DNA of 64,000 nt, taken from Eledone cirrhosa (taxonomy: Eukaryota). The position numbers were made by a program, and so were the translations under genes. Below are positions 28,601 through 41,723 of this stretch, piece by piece. The stretch is taken from positions 69,378,001 to 69,442,000 of the forward strand of contig OZ024743.1 in the NCBI GenBank assembly GCA_964016885.1, written 5' to 3'. Below the pieces are notes generated by a model. The model searched no databases, was not told the DNA's origin, and saw only the letters and a program-made list of their open reading frames with translations. Every line of letters begins with the position of its first letter. Positions within the stretch are counted from its first letter, which is position 1.

Positions 28601-31600
28601 ATCTAGGGAGGTGGTGTAGTTTGGTATATATAGTAACTAGACAGGTGGTGTAGTATGGTTTATATAGTAACTAGAGAACATGTGTAACGTGGTATATATA
28701 GTAATTAGAGAGGTGGTGTAGTGTATTATATATAATAAGTAGAGAGATGTGGTGTAGTGTGGTTTATATAGTAACTAGAGAGAGAGGTGATGTAATGTGG
28801 TATATATAGTAACTAGAGAGGTGGTGTAGTATGGTTTATATAGTAACTAGAGAGGTGGTGTGGTGTGGTATATATAGTAACTAGAGAGGTGGTGTAGTGT
28901 GGTATATATAGTAACTAGAGCGGTCGTGTAGTGTGGTATATATAGTAACTAGAGGGGTGGTGTTGTGTGGTATATATAGTAACTAGAGAGGTGGTGTAGT
29001 GTATAATATATAGTAACTAGAGAGGTGGTGTAGTTTAGCATATATGGTAACTAGAGAGGTGGTGTAGTGTGGTATATATAGTAACTAGAGACAGGTGAGG
29101 TAGTGAGGTATATATAGTAACAAGAGAGGTGGTGTAGTGTGGTATATATCGTTACAAGCGAGGTGGTGTAGTGTATTAAATATAGTAACTAGAGAGGTGG
29201 TGTAGTGTGGTATATATAGTAATTAGTGAGGTTGTGTAGTGTAGTATATATAGTAACTAGAGAGGTGGTGTAGTGTAGTGTATATAGTAACTAGAGAGGT
29301 GGTGCAGTGTAGTATATATAGTAACTAGAGAGGTGGTGTAGTGTAGTATATATAGTAACTAGAGAGGTGGTGTAGCGTAGAGTATATATTAACTAGAGAG
29401 GTGGTGTGGTATATATAGTAACTAGAGAGGTGGTGTAGTATGGTATATATAGTAAATAGAGAGGTGGTGTAGTGTGGTATATATAGTAAATAGAGAGGTG
29501 GTGTAGTGTGGTTTATATAGTAACTAATGAGAGAGAGGTGGTGTAGTGTGGTATATATTGTAACTAGAGAGAGAGGTGGTGTAGTGTTGTATATATAGTA
29601 ACTAGAGAGGTGGTGTAGTGTGGTATATATAGTAACTCGAGAGGTCATGTAGTGTGGTATATATAGTAACTAGAGAGAGGGGTGGTGTAGTGTGGTATAT
29701 ATGGTAACTAGAGAGGCGGTGTAGTGTGGCATATATAGTAACTAGAGAGGTGGTGTAGTATGGTATATATAGTAACTAGAGAGGTGCTGTAGTGTGGTAA
29801 ATATATTAACTAGGGAGGTGCTGTAGTGTGGTAACTATATTAACTAGGGAGGTGCTGTAGTGTGGTATATATAGTAACTTGAGAGAAAAGTGGTGTAGTG
29901 TGGTATATATAGTAACTAGAGAGGTGGTGTAGTGTGGTATATATAGTAACTTGAGAGGTGGTGTAGGGTGGTATATATATAGTAACTAGAGAGGTGGTGT
30001 AGTGTGGTATATATAGTAACTAGAGGGGTGGTGTAGTGTGGTACAGATAGTAACTAGAGAGGTGTTGTAGTGTGGTATATATAGTAACTAGAGAGATGGA
30101 GTAGTGTGGTATATATAGTAATTAGGGAGGGGTGTAATGTGGTATATATAGAAACTAGAGAGAGGTGGTGTAGTGTGGTATATATAGTAACTAGAGAAGT
30201 GGTGTAGTGTGGTATATATAGTTACTAGAGAGGTGATGTAGTGTGGTATATATATTAACTAGAGAGAAAGGTGTTGTAGTGTAGTAAATATGGTAACTAT
30301 AGAGGCTGTGTAGTGTGGCATATTTAGTAACTAGAGAGGTGGTGTAGTGTGGTATATATAGTAACTAGAGAGGTGGTGTAGTGTGGTATATATAGTAATT
30401 AGAGAGGTGGTGTAGTGTGGTATATATAGTAACTAGAGAGCTGGTGTAGTGTGGTATATATAGTAACTTGAGAGGTGGTGTAGTGTGGTATATATATAGT
30501 AACTAGAGAGGTGGTGTAGTGTGGTATATATAGTAACTAGAGAGGTGGTGTAGTGTAGTATATATAGTAACTAGAGAGGTGGTGTAGTGTAGAGTATATA
30601 ATAACTAGAGAGGTGCTGCAGTGTAGTATATATAGTAACTAGCGAGGTGGTGTAGTGTAGTATAAATAGTAACTAGAGAGGTGTGGTGTAGTGTGTTTTA
30701 TATAGTAACTACAGAGAGAGGTGGTGTAGTGTTGTATATATAGTAACTAGAGATGTGTTGTAGTATGGTATATATAGTGACTAGAGAGGTGGTGTAGTGT
30801 GGTATATATAGTAACTAGAGAGGTGGTGTAGTATGGTATATATAATAACTAGAGAGGTGTTGTAGTGTGGTATATATAGTAATTAGAGAAGTGGTGTAGT
30901 GTGGTATATATAGTAACTAGGGAGAGGTGGTGTAGTGTGTTAAATATAGTAACTAGAGAGAGAGGTGGTGTAGTGTGGTATATATAGTAACTAGAGAGTT
31001 GTTGTAGTGTGGTATATATAGTAATTAGAGAGGTGGTGTAGTGTGGTATATATAGTAACTAGAGAGGTGGTGTAGTGTGCTATATATAGTAACTAGGGAG
31101 GTGGTGTAGTTTGGTATATACAGTAACTATACAGGTGGTGTAGTGTGGTATTTATAGTAACTAGAGAGGTGGTGTAACGTGGTATATATAGTAATTAGAG
31201 ACGCGGGGTAATGTGGTATATATAGTAACTAGAGTGGTGGTGTAGTATGGTATATATAGTAACTAGAGAGGTGGTGTAGTGTGGTATATATATAGTAACT
31301 AGAGAGGTGGTGTAGTGTGGTATATATAGTAACTAGATGGGTGGTGTAGTGTGGTATAGATAGTAACTAGAGAGGTGTTGTAGTGTGGTATATATATAGT
31401 AACTAGAGAGATGGTGTAGTGTGGTATATATAGTGATTAGTGAGGTTGTGTAGTGTAGTATATATACTAACTAGAGAGGTGGTGTAGTGTAGTATATATA
31501 GTAACTAGAAAGGTGGTGTAGTGTAGAGTATATAGTAACTAGAGAGGTGGTGCAGTGTTGTATATATAGTAACTAGAGAGGTGGTGTAGTTTAGTATATA

Positions 31601-34600
31601 TAGTAACTAGAGATGTGGTGTAGTGTAGAGTATATAGTAACTAGGGTGGTGGTCTGTTATATATAGTAACTAGAGAGGTGGTGTAGTGTGGTATATATAG
31701 TAAATAGAGAGGTGGTGTAGTATGGTATATATATTAACTAGAGTGCTGGTGTAGTGTGGTATATATAATAACTAGAGAGATGTGGTGTAGTGTAGTTTAT
31801 ATAGTAACTAGAGAGAGAGAGAGGTGGTGTAGTGTGGTATATATAGTAACTAGAGAGGTGGTGTAGTATGGTATATATATTAACTAGAGAGTTGGTGTGG
31901 TATATATAATAACTAGAGAAAGGTGGTGTAGTGTGGTATATATAGTAACTAGAGAGAGAAGTGGTATAGTGTGGTATATATAGTAACTAGAGAGTTGGTG
32001 TAGTGTGATATATATAGTAATTAGAGGGGTGGTGTAGTGTGGTATATATAGTAATTAGAGAGCTGGTGTAGTGTGGTATATATAGTAACTTGAGAGGTGG
32101 TGTAGTGTGGTATATATATAGTAACTAGAGAGGTGGTGTAGTGTGGTATATATAGTAACTAGAGAGGTGGTGTAGTGTGGTATATATAGTAACTAGAGAC
32201 AGGTGAGGTAGTGAGGTATATATAGTAACAAGAGAGGTTATGTTGTGCGGTATATACAGTAACAAGAAAGGTGGTGTAGTGTAGTAAATATAGTAACTAG
32301 AGAGGTGGTTTAGTGTGGTATATATAGTAATTAGTGAGGTTGTGTAATGTAGTATATATAGTAAATAGAGAGGTGGTGTAGTGTAGTATATATAATAACT
32401 AGAGAGATGTGGTCTAGTGTGGTTTATATAGTAACTAGAGAGAGAGGTGGTGTAGTGTTGTATATATAGTAACTAGAGATGTGTGATAGTATGGTATATA
32501 TAGTAACTAGAGAGGTGGTGTAGTGTGATATATATAGTAACAAGAGAGGTGGTGTAGTATGGTATATATAGTAACTAGAGAGAGATGGTGTAGTATGGTA
32601 TATATAGTAACTAGACATGTGGTGTAGTGTGGTATATATAGTAACTAGAGAGGTGGTGTTGTGTGGTATATATAGTAATTAGAGAGCTGGTGTCGTGTGG
32701 TATATATTGTAACTTGAGAGGTGGTGTTGTGTGGTATATATATAGTAACTAGAGAGGTGGTGTAGTGTGGTATATATAGTAACTAGAGAGGTGGTGTAGT
32801 GTGGTATATATAGTAACTAGAGAGGTGGTGTAGTGTGGTAAATATAGTAATTAGAGAGGTGGTGTAGTGTGGTCTATATAGTAACTAGAGAAAGGTGGTG
32901 TAGTGTGGTATATATAGTAACTAGAGAGGGAAGTGGTGTAGTGTGGTATATATAGTAACTAGAGAGTTGGTGTAGTGTGGTATATATAGTAATTAGAGGG
33001 GTGGTGTAGTGTGGTATATATAGTAATTAGAGAGCTGGTGTCGTGTGGCATATATAGTAACTAGAGAGATGGTGTAGTGTGGTAAATATAGCAATTAGAG
33101 AGGTGGTGTAGTGTGGTATATATAATAACTAGAGAAAGGTGGTGTAGTGTGGTATATATAGTAACTAGAGAGAGAAGTGGTGTAGTGTGGTATATATATT
33201 AACTAGAGAGGTGGTGTAGTGTGGTATATATAGTAATTAGTGAGGTTGTGTAGTGTAGTATATATAGTAACAAGAGAGGTGGTGTAGTGTAGTATATATA
33301 GTAACTAGAAAGGTGGTGTAGTGTAGAGTTTATAGTAACTAGAGAGGTGGTGTAGTGTATTATATATAGTAACTAGAGAGGTGGTGTAGTGTAGAGTATA
33401 TAGTAACTAGGGAGGTGGTGTGGTATATATAGTAACTAGAGAGGTGGTGTAGTGTGGTATATATAGTAAATAGAGAGGTGGTGTAGTATGGTATATATAT
33501 TAACTAGAGGGGTGGTGTAGTGTGGTATATATAATAACTAGAGAGATGTGGTGTAGTGTGGTTTATATAGTAACTAGAGAGGTGGTGTATTATGGTATAT
33601 ATAGTAACTAGAGAGATGGTGTAGTGTGGTAAATATAGTAATTAGAGAGGTGGTGTAGTGTGGTATATATAATAACTAGAGAAAGGTGGTGTAGTGTGGT
33701 ATATATAGTAACTAGAGAGAGAAGTGGTGTAGTGTGGTATATATAGTAATTAGAGAGCTGGTGTAGTGTGGTATATATAGTAACTTGAGAGGTGGTGTAG
33801 TGTGGTATATATATATAGTAACTAGAGAGGTGATGTAGTGTGGTATATATAGTAACTACAGAGGTGGTGTAGTGTGGTATATATAGAAACTAGAGAGGTG
33901 GTGTAGTGTATAATATATAGTAACTAGAGAGGTGGTGTAGTTTAGTATATATAGTAACTAGAGAGGTGGTGTAGTGTGGTATATATAGTAACTAGAGACA
34001 GGTGAGGTAGTGAGGTATGTATAGTAACAAGAGAGGTTATGTAGTGTGGTATATATAGTAACAAGAAAGGTGGTGTAGTGTAGTAAATATAGTAACTAGA
34101 GAGGTGGTGTAGTGTGGTATATATAGTAATTAGTGAGGTTGTGTAGTGTAGTATATATAGTAACTAGAGAGGTGGTGTAGTGTAGTATATATAATAACTA
34201 GAGAGATGTTGTGTAGTGTGGTTTATATAGTAACTAGAGAGAGAGGTGGTTTTGTGTGGTATATATAGTAACCAGAGAGGTGGTGTAGTATGGTATGTAT
34301 AGTAACTAGAGAGGTGGTGTGGTGTGATATATATAGTAACAAGAGAGGTGGTGTAGTATGGTATATATAGTAACTAGAGAGAGATGGTGTAGTATGGTAT
34401 ATATAGTAACTAGACAGGTGGTGTAGTGTGGTATATATAGTAACTAGAGGGGTGGTGTAGTATGGTATATATAGTAACTAGAGAGGTGGTGTAGTGTGGT
34501 ATATATAGTAACTAGTCAGGTGGTGTAGTTTGGTATATATAGTAACTAGACAGGTGGTGTAGTGTGGTTTATATAGTAACTAGAGAGGTGGTGTAACGTG

Positions 34601-37600
34601 GTATATATGGTAATTAGAGAGGTGGTGTAATGTGGTATATATATTAACTAGAGTGGTGGTGTAGTATGGTATATATAGTAACTAGAGAGGTGGTGTAGTG
34701 TGGTATATATAATAACTAGAGAGATGTGTAGTGTGGTTTATATAGTAACTAGAGAGAGAGGTGGTTTTGTGTGGTATATATAGTAACCAGAGAGGTGGTG
34801 TAGTATGGTATGTATAGTAACTAGAGAGATGGTGTAGTGTGGTAAATATAGTAATTAGAGAGGTGGTGTAGTGTGGTATATATAATAACTAGAGAAAGGT
34901 GGTGTAGTGTGGTATATATAGTAACTAGAGAGAGAAGTGGTGTAGTGTGGTATATATAGTAATTAGAGAGCTGGTGTAGTGTGGTATATATAGTAACTTG
35001 AGAGGTGGTGTAGTGTGGTATATATATATAGTAAATAGAGAGGTGATGTAGTGTGGTATATATAGTAACTACAGAGGTGGTGTAGTGTGGTATATATAGA
35101 AACTAGAGAGGTGGTGTAGTGTATAATATATAGTAACTAGAGAGGTGGTGTAGTTTAGTATATATAGTAACTAGAGAGGTGGTGTAGTGTGGTATATATA
35201 GTAACTAGAGACAGGTGAGGTAGTGAGGTATGTATAGTAACAAGAGAGGTTATGTAGTGTGGTATATATAGTAACAAGAAAGGTGGTGTAGTGTAATAAA
35301 TATAGTAACTAGAGAGGTGGTGTAGTGTGGTATATATAGTAATTAGTGAGGTTGTGTAGTGTAGTATATATAGTAACTAGAGAGGTGGTGTAGTGTAGTA
35401 TATATAATAACTAGAGAGATGTTGTGTAGTGTGGTTTATATAGTAACTAGAGAGAGAGGTGGTTTTGTGTGGTATATATAGTAACCAGAGAGGTGGTGTA
35501 GTATGGTATGTATAGTAACTAGAGAGGTGGTGTGGTGTGATATATATAGTAACAAGAGAGGTGGTGTAGTATGGTATATATAGTAACTAGAGAGAGATGG
35601 TGTAGTATGGTATATATAGTAACTAGACAGGTGGTGTAGTGTGGTATATATAGTAACTAGAGGGGTGGTGTAGTATGGTATATATAGTAACTAGAGAGGT
35701 GGTGTAGTGTGGTATATATAGTAACTAGTCAGGTGGTGTAGTTTGGTATATATAGTAACTAGACAGGTGGTGTAGTGTGGTTTATATAGTAACTAGAGAG
35801 GTGGTGTAACGTGGTATATATGGTAATTAGAGAGGTGGTGTAATGTGGTATATATATTAACTAGAGTGGTGGTGTAGTATGGTATATATAGTAACTAGAG
35901 AGGTGGTGTAGTGTGGTATATATAATAACTAGAGAGATGTGTAGTGTGGTTTATATAGTAACTAGAGAGAGAGGTGGTTTTGTGTGGTATATATAGTAAC
36001 CAGAGAGGTGGTGTAGTATGGTATGTATAGTAACTAGAGAGGTGGTGTGGTGTGGTATATATAGAAACTAGAGAGGTGGTGTAGTATGGTATATATAATA
36101 ACTAGAGAGGTGCTGTAGTGTGGTATATATAGTAATTAGAGAGGTGGTGTAGTGTGGTATATATAGTAACTAGGGAGAGGTGGTGTAGTGTGTTAAATAT
36201 AGTAACTAGAGAGAGAGGTGGTGTAGTGTGGTTTATATAGTAACTAGAGAGTTGTTGTAGTGTGGTATATCTAGTAATTATAGAGGTGGTGTAGTGTGGT
36301 ATATATAGTAACTAGAGAGGTGGTGTAGTGTGGTATATATAGTAACTAGGGAGGTGGTGTAGTTTGGTATATATAGTAACTATACAGGTGGTGTAGTGTG
36401 GTTTATATAGTAACTAGAGAGGTGGTGTAACGTGGTATATATAGTAATTAGAGAGGTGGTGTAATGTGGTATATATAGTAACTAGAGTGGTGGTGTAGTA
36501 TGGTATATATAGTTACTAGAGAGGTGGTGTAGTGTGATATATATATAGCAACTAGAGAGGTGGTGTAGTGTTGTATAGATAGTAACTAGAGAGGTGTTGT
36601 AGTGTGGTATATATATAGTAACTAGAGAGATGGTGTAGTGTAGTATATATAGTAATTAGGGAGGGGTGTAATGTGGTATATATAGTAACTAGAGAGAGGT
36701 GGTGTAGTGTTGTATATATAGTAACTAGAGAGGTGGTGTAGTGTGGTATATATAGCTCCTAGATAGGTGATGTAGTGTGGTATATATATTAATTAGAGAG
36801 AGAGGTGGTGTAGTGTAGTATATATGGTAACTATAGAAGCTGTGTAGTGTGGCATATATAGTAACTAGAGAGGTGGTGTAGTGTGGTAAATATAGTAATT
36901 AGAGAGGTGGTGTAGTGTGGTATATATAGTAACTAGAGAGGGAAGTGGTGTAGTGTGGTATATATAGTAACTAGAGAGTTGATGTAGTGTGGTATATATA
37001 GTAACTTGAGAGGTGGTGTAGTGTGGTATATATATAGTAACTAGAGAGGTGGTGTAGTGTGGTATATATAGTAACTAGAGAGGTGGTGTAGTGTGGTATA
37101 TATAGAAACTAGAGAGGTGGTGTAGTGTATAATATATAGTAACTAGAGAGGTGGTGTAGTTTAGTATATAGAGTAACTAGAGAGGTTGTGTAGTGTAGAG
37201 TATATAGTAACTAGAGAGGTGGTGTAGTGTAGTATATATAGTAACTAGAATGGTGGTGTAGTGTAGAGTATATAGTAACTAGAGAGGTGGTGCAGTGTTG
37301 TATTTATAGTAACTAGAGAGGTGGTGTAGTGTAGTATATATAGTAACTAGAGACGTTGTGTAGTGTAGAGTATATAGTAACTAGAGAGGTGGTGTAGTGT
37401 GGTATATATAGTAAATAGAGAGGTGGTGTAGTATGGTATATATATTAACTAGAGGGCTGGTGTAGTGTGGTATATATAATAACTAGAGAGATGTGGTGTA
37501 GTGTGGTTTATATAGTAACTAGAGAGAGAGAGAGGTGGTGTAGTGTGGTATATATAGTAACTAGAGAGGTGGTGTAGTATGGTATATATATTAACTAGAG

Positions 37601-40600
37601 AGTTGGTGTGGTATATATAATAACTAGAGAAAGGTGGTGTAGTGTGGTATATATAGTAACTAGAGAGTTGGTGTAGTGTGATATATATAGTAATTAGAGG
37701 GGTGGTGTGGTATATATAGTAATTAGAGAGCTGGTGTAGTGTGGTATATATAGTAACTTGAGAGGTGGTGTAGTGTGGTATATATATAGTAACTAGAGAG
37801 GTGGTATAGTGTGGTATATATAGTAACTAGAGAGGTGGTGTAGTGTGGTATATATAGTAACTAGAGACAGGTGAGGTAGTGAGGTATATATAGTAACAAG
37901 AGAGGTTATGTAGTGTGGTATATATAGTAACAAGAAAGGTGGTGTAGTGTAGTAAATATAGTAACTAGAGAGGTTGTGTAGTGTGGTATATATAGTAATT
38001 AGTGAGGTTGTGTAGTGTAGTATATATAGTAACTAGAGAGATGTGGTGTAGTGTGGTTTATATAGTAACTAGAGAGAGAGGTGGTGTAGTGTTGTATATA
38101 TAGTAACTAGAGGTGTGTGGTAGTATGGTATATATAGTAACTACAGAGGTGGTGTAGTGTGATATATATAGTAACAAGAGAGGTGGTGTAGTATGGTATA
38201 TATAGTAACTAGAGAGAGATGGTGTAGTATGGTATATATAGTAACTAGACAGGTGGTGTAGTGTGGTATATATAGTAACTAGAGAGGTGGTGTAGTATGG
38301 TATATATAGTAACTAGAGAGGTGGTGTAGTGTGGTATATATAGTAACTAGTGAGGTGGTGTAGTTTGGTATATATAGTAACTAGAAAGGTGGTGTAGTGT
38401 GGTTTATATAGTAACTAGAGAGGTGGTGTAACGTGGTATATATAGTAATTAGAGAGGTGGTGTAATGTGGTATATATATTAACTAGAGTGGTGGTGTAGT
38501 ATGGTATATATAGTAACTAGAGAGGTGGTGTAGTGTGGTATATGTAATAACTAGAGAGATGTGTAGTGTGGTTTATATAGTAACTAGAGACAGGGGTGGT
38601 TTTGTGTGGTATATATAGTAACTAGAGAGGTGGTGTAGTATGGTATGTATAGTAACTAGAGAGGTGGTGTGGTGTGGTATATATAGTGACTAGAGAGGTG
38701 GTGTAGTGTGGTATATATAGTAACTAGAGAGGTGGTGTAGTGTGGTATATATAGTAACTAGAGGGGTGTTGTAGTGTGGTATATATAGTAACTAGAGAGG
38801 TGGTGTGGTGTGGTATATATAGTAACTAGAGAGGTGGTGTAGTTTAGTATATATAGTAACTAGAGAGGTGGTGTAGTGTGGTATATATAGTAACTAGAGA
38901 CAGGTGAGGTAGTGAGGTATATATAGTAACAAGAGAGGTGGTGTAGTGTGGTATATATATTAACAAGAGAGGTGGTGTAGTTTAGTAAATATAGTAACTA
39001 GAGAGGTGGTGTAGTGTGTATATATAGTAATTAGAGAGGTGGTGTAGTGTGGTATATATAGTAACTAGAGAGAGGTGGTGTAGTGTGGTATATATAGTAA
39101 CTAGAGAGTTGGTGTAGTGTGGTATATATAGGAACTTGAGAGGTGGTGTAGTGTGGTATATATATAGTAACTAGAGAGGTTGTGTAGTGTAGAGTATATA
39201 GTAACTAGAGAGGTGGTGTAGTGTAGTATATATAGTAACTAGAATGGTGGTGTAGTGTAGAGTATATAGTAACTAGAGAGGTGGTGCAGTGTTGTATATA
39301 TAGTAACTAGAGAGGTGGTGTAGTGTAGTATATATAGTAACTAGAGAGGTTGTGTAGTGTAGAGTATATAGTAACTAGAGAGGTGGTGTAGTGTGGTATA
39401 TATAGTAAATAGAGAGGTGGTGTAGTATGGTATATATATTAACTAGAGGGCTGGTGTAGTGTGGTATATATAATAACTAGAGAGATGTGGTGTAGTGTGG
39501 TTTATATAGTAACTAGAGAGAGAGAGAGGTGGTGTAGTGTGGTATATATAGTAACTAGAGAGGTGGTGTAGTATGGTATATATATTAACTAGAGAGTTGG
39601 TGTGGTATATATAATAACTAGAGAAAGGTGGTGTAGTGTGGTATATATAGTAACTAGAGAGAGAAGTGGTGTAGTGTGGTATATATAGTAACTAGAGAGT
39701 TGGTGTAGTGTGATATATATAGTAATTAGAGGGATGGTGTGGTGTGGTATATATTGTAATTAGAGAGCTGGTGTAGTGTGGTATATATAGTAACTTGAGA
39801 GGTGGTGTAGTGTGGTATATATATAGTAACTAGAGAGGTGGTGTAGTGTGGTATATATAGTAACTAGAGAGGTGGTGTAGTGTGGTATATATAGTAACTA
39901 GAGACAGGTGAGGTAGTGAGGTATATATAGTAACAAGAGAGGTTATGTAGTGTGGTATATATAGTAACAAGAAAGGTGGTGTAGTGTAGTAAATATAGTA
40001 ACTAGAGAGGTTGTGTAGTGTGGTATATATAGTAATTAGTGAGGTTGTGTAGTGTAGTATATATAGTAACTAGAGAGATGTGGTGTAGTGTGGTTTATAT
40101 AGTAACTAGAGAGAGAGGTGGTGTAGTGTTGTATATATAGTAACTAGAGGTGTGTGGTAGTATGGTATATATAGTAACTAGAGAGGTGGTGTAGTGTGAT
40201 ATATATAGTAACAAGAGAGGTGGTGTAGTATGGTATATATAGTAACTAGAGAGAGATGGTGTAGTATGGTATATATAGTAACTAGACAGGTGGTGTAGTG
40301 TGGTATATATAGTAACTAGAGAGGTGGTGTAGTATGGTATATATAGTAACTAGAGAGGTGGTGTAGTGTGGTATATATAGTAACTAGTGAGGTGGTGTAG
40401 TTTGGTATATATAGTAACTAGAAAGGTGGTGTAACGTGGTATATATAGTAATTAGAAAGGTGGTGTAATGTGGTATATATATTAACTAGAGTGGTGGTGT
40501 AGTATGGTATATATAGTAACTAGAAAGGTGGTGTAGTGTGGTTTATATAGTAACTAGAGAGGTGGTGTAACGTGGTATATATAGTAATTAGAGAGGTGGT

Positions 40601-41680
40601 GTAATGTGGTATATATATTAACTAGAGTGGTGGTGTAGTATGGTATATATAGTAACTAGAGAGGTGGTGTAGTGTGGTATATATAATAACTAGAGAGATG
40701 TGTAGTGTGGTTTATATAGTAACTAGAGACAGGGGTGGTTTTGTGTGGTATATATAGTAACTAGAGAGGTGGTGTAGTATGGTATGTATAGTAACTAGAG
40801 AGGTGGTGTGGTGTGGTATATATAGTGACTAGAGAGGTGGTGTAGTGTGGTATATATAGTAACTAGAGAGGTGGTGTAGTGTGGTATATATAGTAACTAG
40901 AGGGGTGTTGTAGTGTGGTATATATAGTAACTAGAGAGGTGGTGTGGTGTGGTATATATAGTAACTAGAGAGGTGGTGTAGTTTAGTATATATAGCAACT
41001 AGAGAGGTGGTGTAGTGTGGTATATATAGTAACTAGAGACAGGTGAGGTAGTGAGGTATATATAGTAACAAGAGAGGTGGTGTAGTGTGGTATATATATT
41101 AACAAGAGAGGTGGTGTAGTTTAGTAAATATAGTAACTAGAGAGGTGGTGTAGTGTGTATATATAGTAATTAGAGAGGTGGTGTAGTGTGGTATATATAG
41201 TAACTAGAGAGAGGTGGTGTAGTGTGGTATATATAGTAACTAGAGAGTTGGTGTAGTGTGGTATATATAGGAACTTGAGAGGTGGTGTAGTGTGGTATAT
41301 ATATAGTAACTAGAGAGGTTGTGTAGTGTAGAGTATATAGTAACTAGAGAGGTGGTGTAGTGTAGTATATATAGTAACTAGAATGGTGGTGTAGTGTAGA
41401 GTATATAGTAACTAGAGAGGTGGTGCAGTGTTGTATATATAGTAACTAGAGAGGTGGTGTAGTGTAGTATATATAGTAACTAGAGAGGTTGTGTAGTGTA
41501 GAGTATATAGTAACTAGAGAGGTGGTGTAGTGTGGTATATATAGTAAATAGAGAGGTGGTGTAGTATGGTATATATATTAACTAGAGGGCTGGTGTAGTG
41601 TGGTATATATAATAACTAGAGAGATGTGGTGTAGTGTGGTTTATATAGTAACTAGAGAGAGAGAGAGGTGGTGTAGTGTG
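22611..41680 (+). repeat. Copy A of a ~19.07-kb tandem duplication inside the array
   Basis: The rare marker ATACCAAGTA is at 22651 and 41721 (offset 19070). Identical ORF translations occur at 29325/48395 and 32424/51494 (both offset 19070). The last upstream mismatch is 22610 T vs 41680 G. Confidence 0.95.
33600..36041 (+). repeat. Tandem duplication of a 1,213-bp block nested in copy A
   Basis: CTAGAGAGAT is at 33608/34821, ACAGAGG at 33858/35071 and ACTAGTCAGG at 34511/35724, all offset 1213. Confidence 0.92.
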
Positions 41681-41723
41681 GTATATATAGTAACTAGAGA
41701 GGTGGTGTAGTATGGTATATATA
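37181..41723 (+). repeat. ~2.0-2.1-kb higher-order repeat: two full units plus a truncated third (copy A)
   Basis: The AGAATGGTGG marker is at 37247, 39241 and 41380 (spacings 1994 and 2139), with the same order of downstream variants in each unit. Confidence 0.9.

Noticed and set aside
29325-29648. 107-aa minus-strand ORF (identical copy at 48395-48718)
   Set aside because: Same repeat-derived low-complexity peptide, with an ATG created by a point variant. It is duplicated only as part of the 19-kb block.
30438-30450. Chi-like or minisatellite-core motif (GAGCTGGTGT variants, GAGGTGG core)
   Set aside because: It is not an exact Chi site (GCTGGTGG), the resemblance is expected by chance in G/T-rich sequence, and Chi is a bacterial RecBCD signal.
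32424-32618. 64-aa minus-strand ORF (identical copy at 51494-51688)
   Set aside because: Short repeat read-through with no recognisable domain or gene context.
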